Assembly: GCA_963706795.1 (NCBI GenBank)
Contig: OY970170.1
Span: 330,001 to 362,000 of the forward strand
Length of the DNA: 32,000 bases
Reading direction: 5' to 3'
Source: Candidatus Saccharimonadota bacterium
GTDB lineage: Bacteria > Patescibacteriota > Gracilibacteria > BD1-5 > UBA2023
Positions 30,563 through 32,000 of the stretch are shown here, one piece after another. The notes beneath the pieces were generated by a model. It was not told the origin of the DNA, ran no database searches, and was given only the letters and a program-made list of their open reading frames with translations. The stretch's first letter is position 1, and every line of letters starts with the position of its first letter. Both the position numbers and the translations under genes were made by a program.

Positions 30563-31230
30563 TAGTGGGACTTATAAAGTTTTTCGGCGATGGTCGTCTG
30601 GACTGGAATAGTGAGCGCTTCAGCAATTTCGGTCGTAATTCCTTGGCGCGGTGCGGCGGTGAGCAAGAAAGTTATAGTTACCTTTCATTCAGAGTCCGCA
30701 TTATTGGCAAAAGTCTTCGAATCAACACCAGATATAAAAAATCTGAGTGTCTTGATCCGCACACTCTTGTCCGTAATACGTATACGCTCACCATCCGGAA
30801 GCTCGCGACCAAGATAACAATCAGTATCACTCGCAGCACATTTTGTAGGAAGCGAAGCAAGATTATCGTGCATAAGATAGTACGACAGCGTGCAATTTTG
30901 ACCGCCTCATGGACAATTTTCTGGGGCTACTTTTGTGATGAGCACATCCGTTCCTGAGCTCGTATAATTGGTTCGTCCCGCCATAACATTGCAGCCAGTC
31001 GCCACGGCATTCATCTGATCGTAGCAAGCAAATGCAATACCATTGTCACGAATATCTTTGGCGATAATCTCTGTCACATTTCTCGCATTTTCTTGGAGTG
31101 AGCGAGCAACAGAGAGGCGCTTATTGAGATTGATGATATTGGAATAGATACCAAAAACACTCACCATCACAAATGATAAAATAGTGACTGCGATAATAAT
31201 CTCTATGAGCGTGAAAGCTTTTTTGTTCAT
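30562..31230 (-). CDS. Prepilin-type N-terminal cleavage/methylation domain protein (pseudopilin), 222 aa
   Basis: MNKKAFTLIEIIIAVTILSFVMV is the classic G/A-F-T-L-I-E pilin signal. ORFs 30907..31230 and 30685..30873 are in frame. TAA at 30562-30564 overlaps the next ATG (TAATG). Confidence 0.8.
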
Positions 31231-31850
31231 TATTTTTTCCAGTCAGTGAGTATGGTGTGCATGGCGTATTCGCGATAATCTCACTCCGTCGTCGCGAGGA
31301 CCGCAGTAATTGCGAGCGCAGAAGGTACCACTCAGACACTATCTTTTACTTCCTCAATTTGAACAAAGGTGTAGTAGGGCGTGGATTTTGCACCGACGCA
31401 ATCGTGAGTATAACGTCCGAGTTCATCGATACAAAGTCTGATTTCGGAGCTTCCAAGTGGAGCGTTTGCCTCGGATGACACCTTTGTTTTCGCGTCAAAA
31501 GTACCGGTCGCGATCTTTTTAAGAGCGATGGGGCTTTGAGTTGTATAGCGGTTTTGGATGGTATAGTATCCAGGTGAAAGTTCGCAATTTGCAGCACTGC
31601 TACAGATCGACATTTCAGTGAGTCCTTTCAGGGAATTCCAATTGCGAAGCGCGAGGTAATTGGTATCGCGGATACTCTTTACGAGCTCCATCTGCTCGCG
31701 GATAAGATTGGCCGCAAGGATTTCTTGCTTGGAGCGAAGCGAGAGATTCATCGCGCTTCTCACGAGCGAGTAGGCTCACAAAAATCAGACAGTGAAGATG
31801 AGTATCGCCACCATGACTTCTATGATCGTAAATCCTTTGTGCGATCGCAT
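31230..31850 (-). CDS. Prepilin-type N-terminal domain protein (PilV-like), 206 aa
   Basis: MRSHKGFTIIEVMVAILIFTV-G-FL-G-AYSLV. It contains ORF 31332..31763. TAA at 31230-31232 overlaps the next ATG (TAATG). Confidence 0.75.
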
Positions 31851-31851
31851 A

Positions 31852-32000
31852 TTATTGAATGACGAAATTTTTAGCAAGCGACCCCGTAGCGACACCTTTG
31901 AGACCCACAATTCCACCACTTGCAGTGATCTGCGAAGTGGTATTTCGGATTTCGATCTTTCAGCTCGGAGCTCGGAAAATTACCATGATTTCTGGAGAGC
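31852..32000 (-). CDS. C-terminal fragment of a further protein in the pilin operon (N-terminus beyond the window)
   Basis: Open minus frame ...SPEIMVIFRAPS-G-KIEIRNTTSQITASGGIVGLKGVATGSLAKNFVIQ ending at TAA 31852-31854, 1 nt from the next ATG. Confidence 0.4.

Noticed and set aside
1-32000. Translation table 4 (TGA=Trp, Mycoplasma-type) as the explanation for in-frame TGA.
   Set aside because: At motif positions the required residue is Gly (LSGG, GDSL, GxGGD, FGGSG, GxxG), not Trp. Normal TGG Trp codons are also used throughout.
1-32000. CRISPR arrays, rRNA genes, or transposase/IS elements.
   Set aside because: No regularly spaced direct repeats, no rRNA-like conserved stretches and no transposase-like ORFs were seen on either strand.

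Overview
This window appears to come from a low-GC bacterium that reads TGA as glycine (translation table 25, as in Gracilibacteria/Absconditabacteria-type CPR lineages). Nearly every recognisable gene looks fragmented in the standard-code ORF track. Each becomes one continuous frame once TGA is read through, and the TGA codons fall on invariant Gly positions: ABC signature LSGG, TrpRS PVG-DQ, the GDSL motif, TrpD GxGGD, the HhH-GPD GVG, the KH GxxG and the methyltransferase FGGSG. Only TAA and TAG end genes.

Layout:
- 1-8455: host housekeeping genes on the minus strand (BtpA-like, TrpD-like, GNAT, trpS, ABC ATPase, GDSL lipoprotein esterase, MFS transporter, AlkA-like glycosylase, TfoX-N protein), plus ogt on the plus strand.
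- About 8650-27730: a mosaic accessory island that also uses TGA=Gly and ends next to tRNA-Ser(GGA). By eye it is more GC-rich than the flanks. It holds an uncharacterised membrane/zinc-ribbon gene cassette (9132-13499), a low-GC two-gene Hachiman-like defence operon (HamA DUF1837-like plus HamB SF2 helicase, 13532-17777), a structured non-coding region (about 17970-18145), two more unknown genes, a phage-like module (ParB-methyltransferase, second methyltransferase, small and large terminase, large serine recombinase, 20247-25665) with no capsid, portal or tail genes, and an OLD-family ATPase/Toprim nuclease (25773-27374).
- 27773-32000: host again, with tRNA-Ser, a Jag/KhpB-like protein, a membrane-anchored protein and a type IV pilin-like operon.

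All family calls come from motif recognition by eye. No database search was possible, and GC statements are visual impressions, not computed values.
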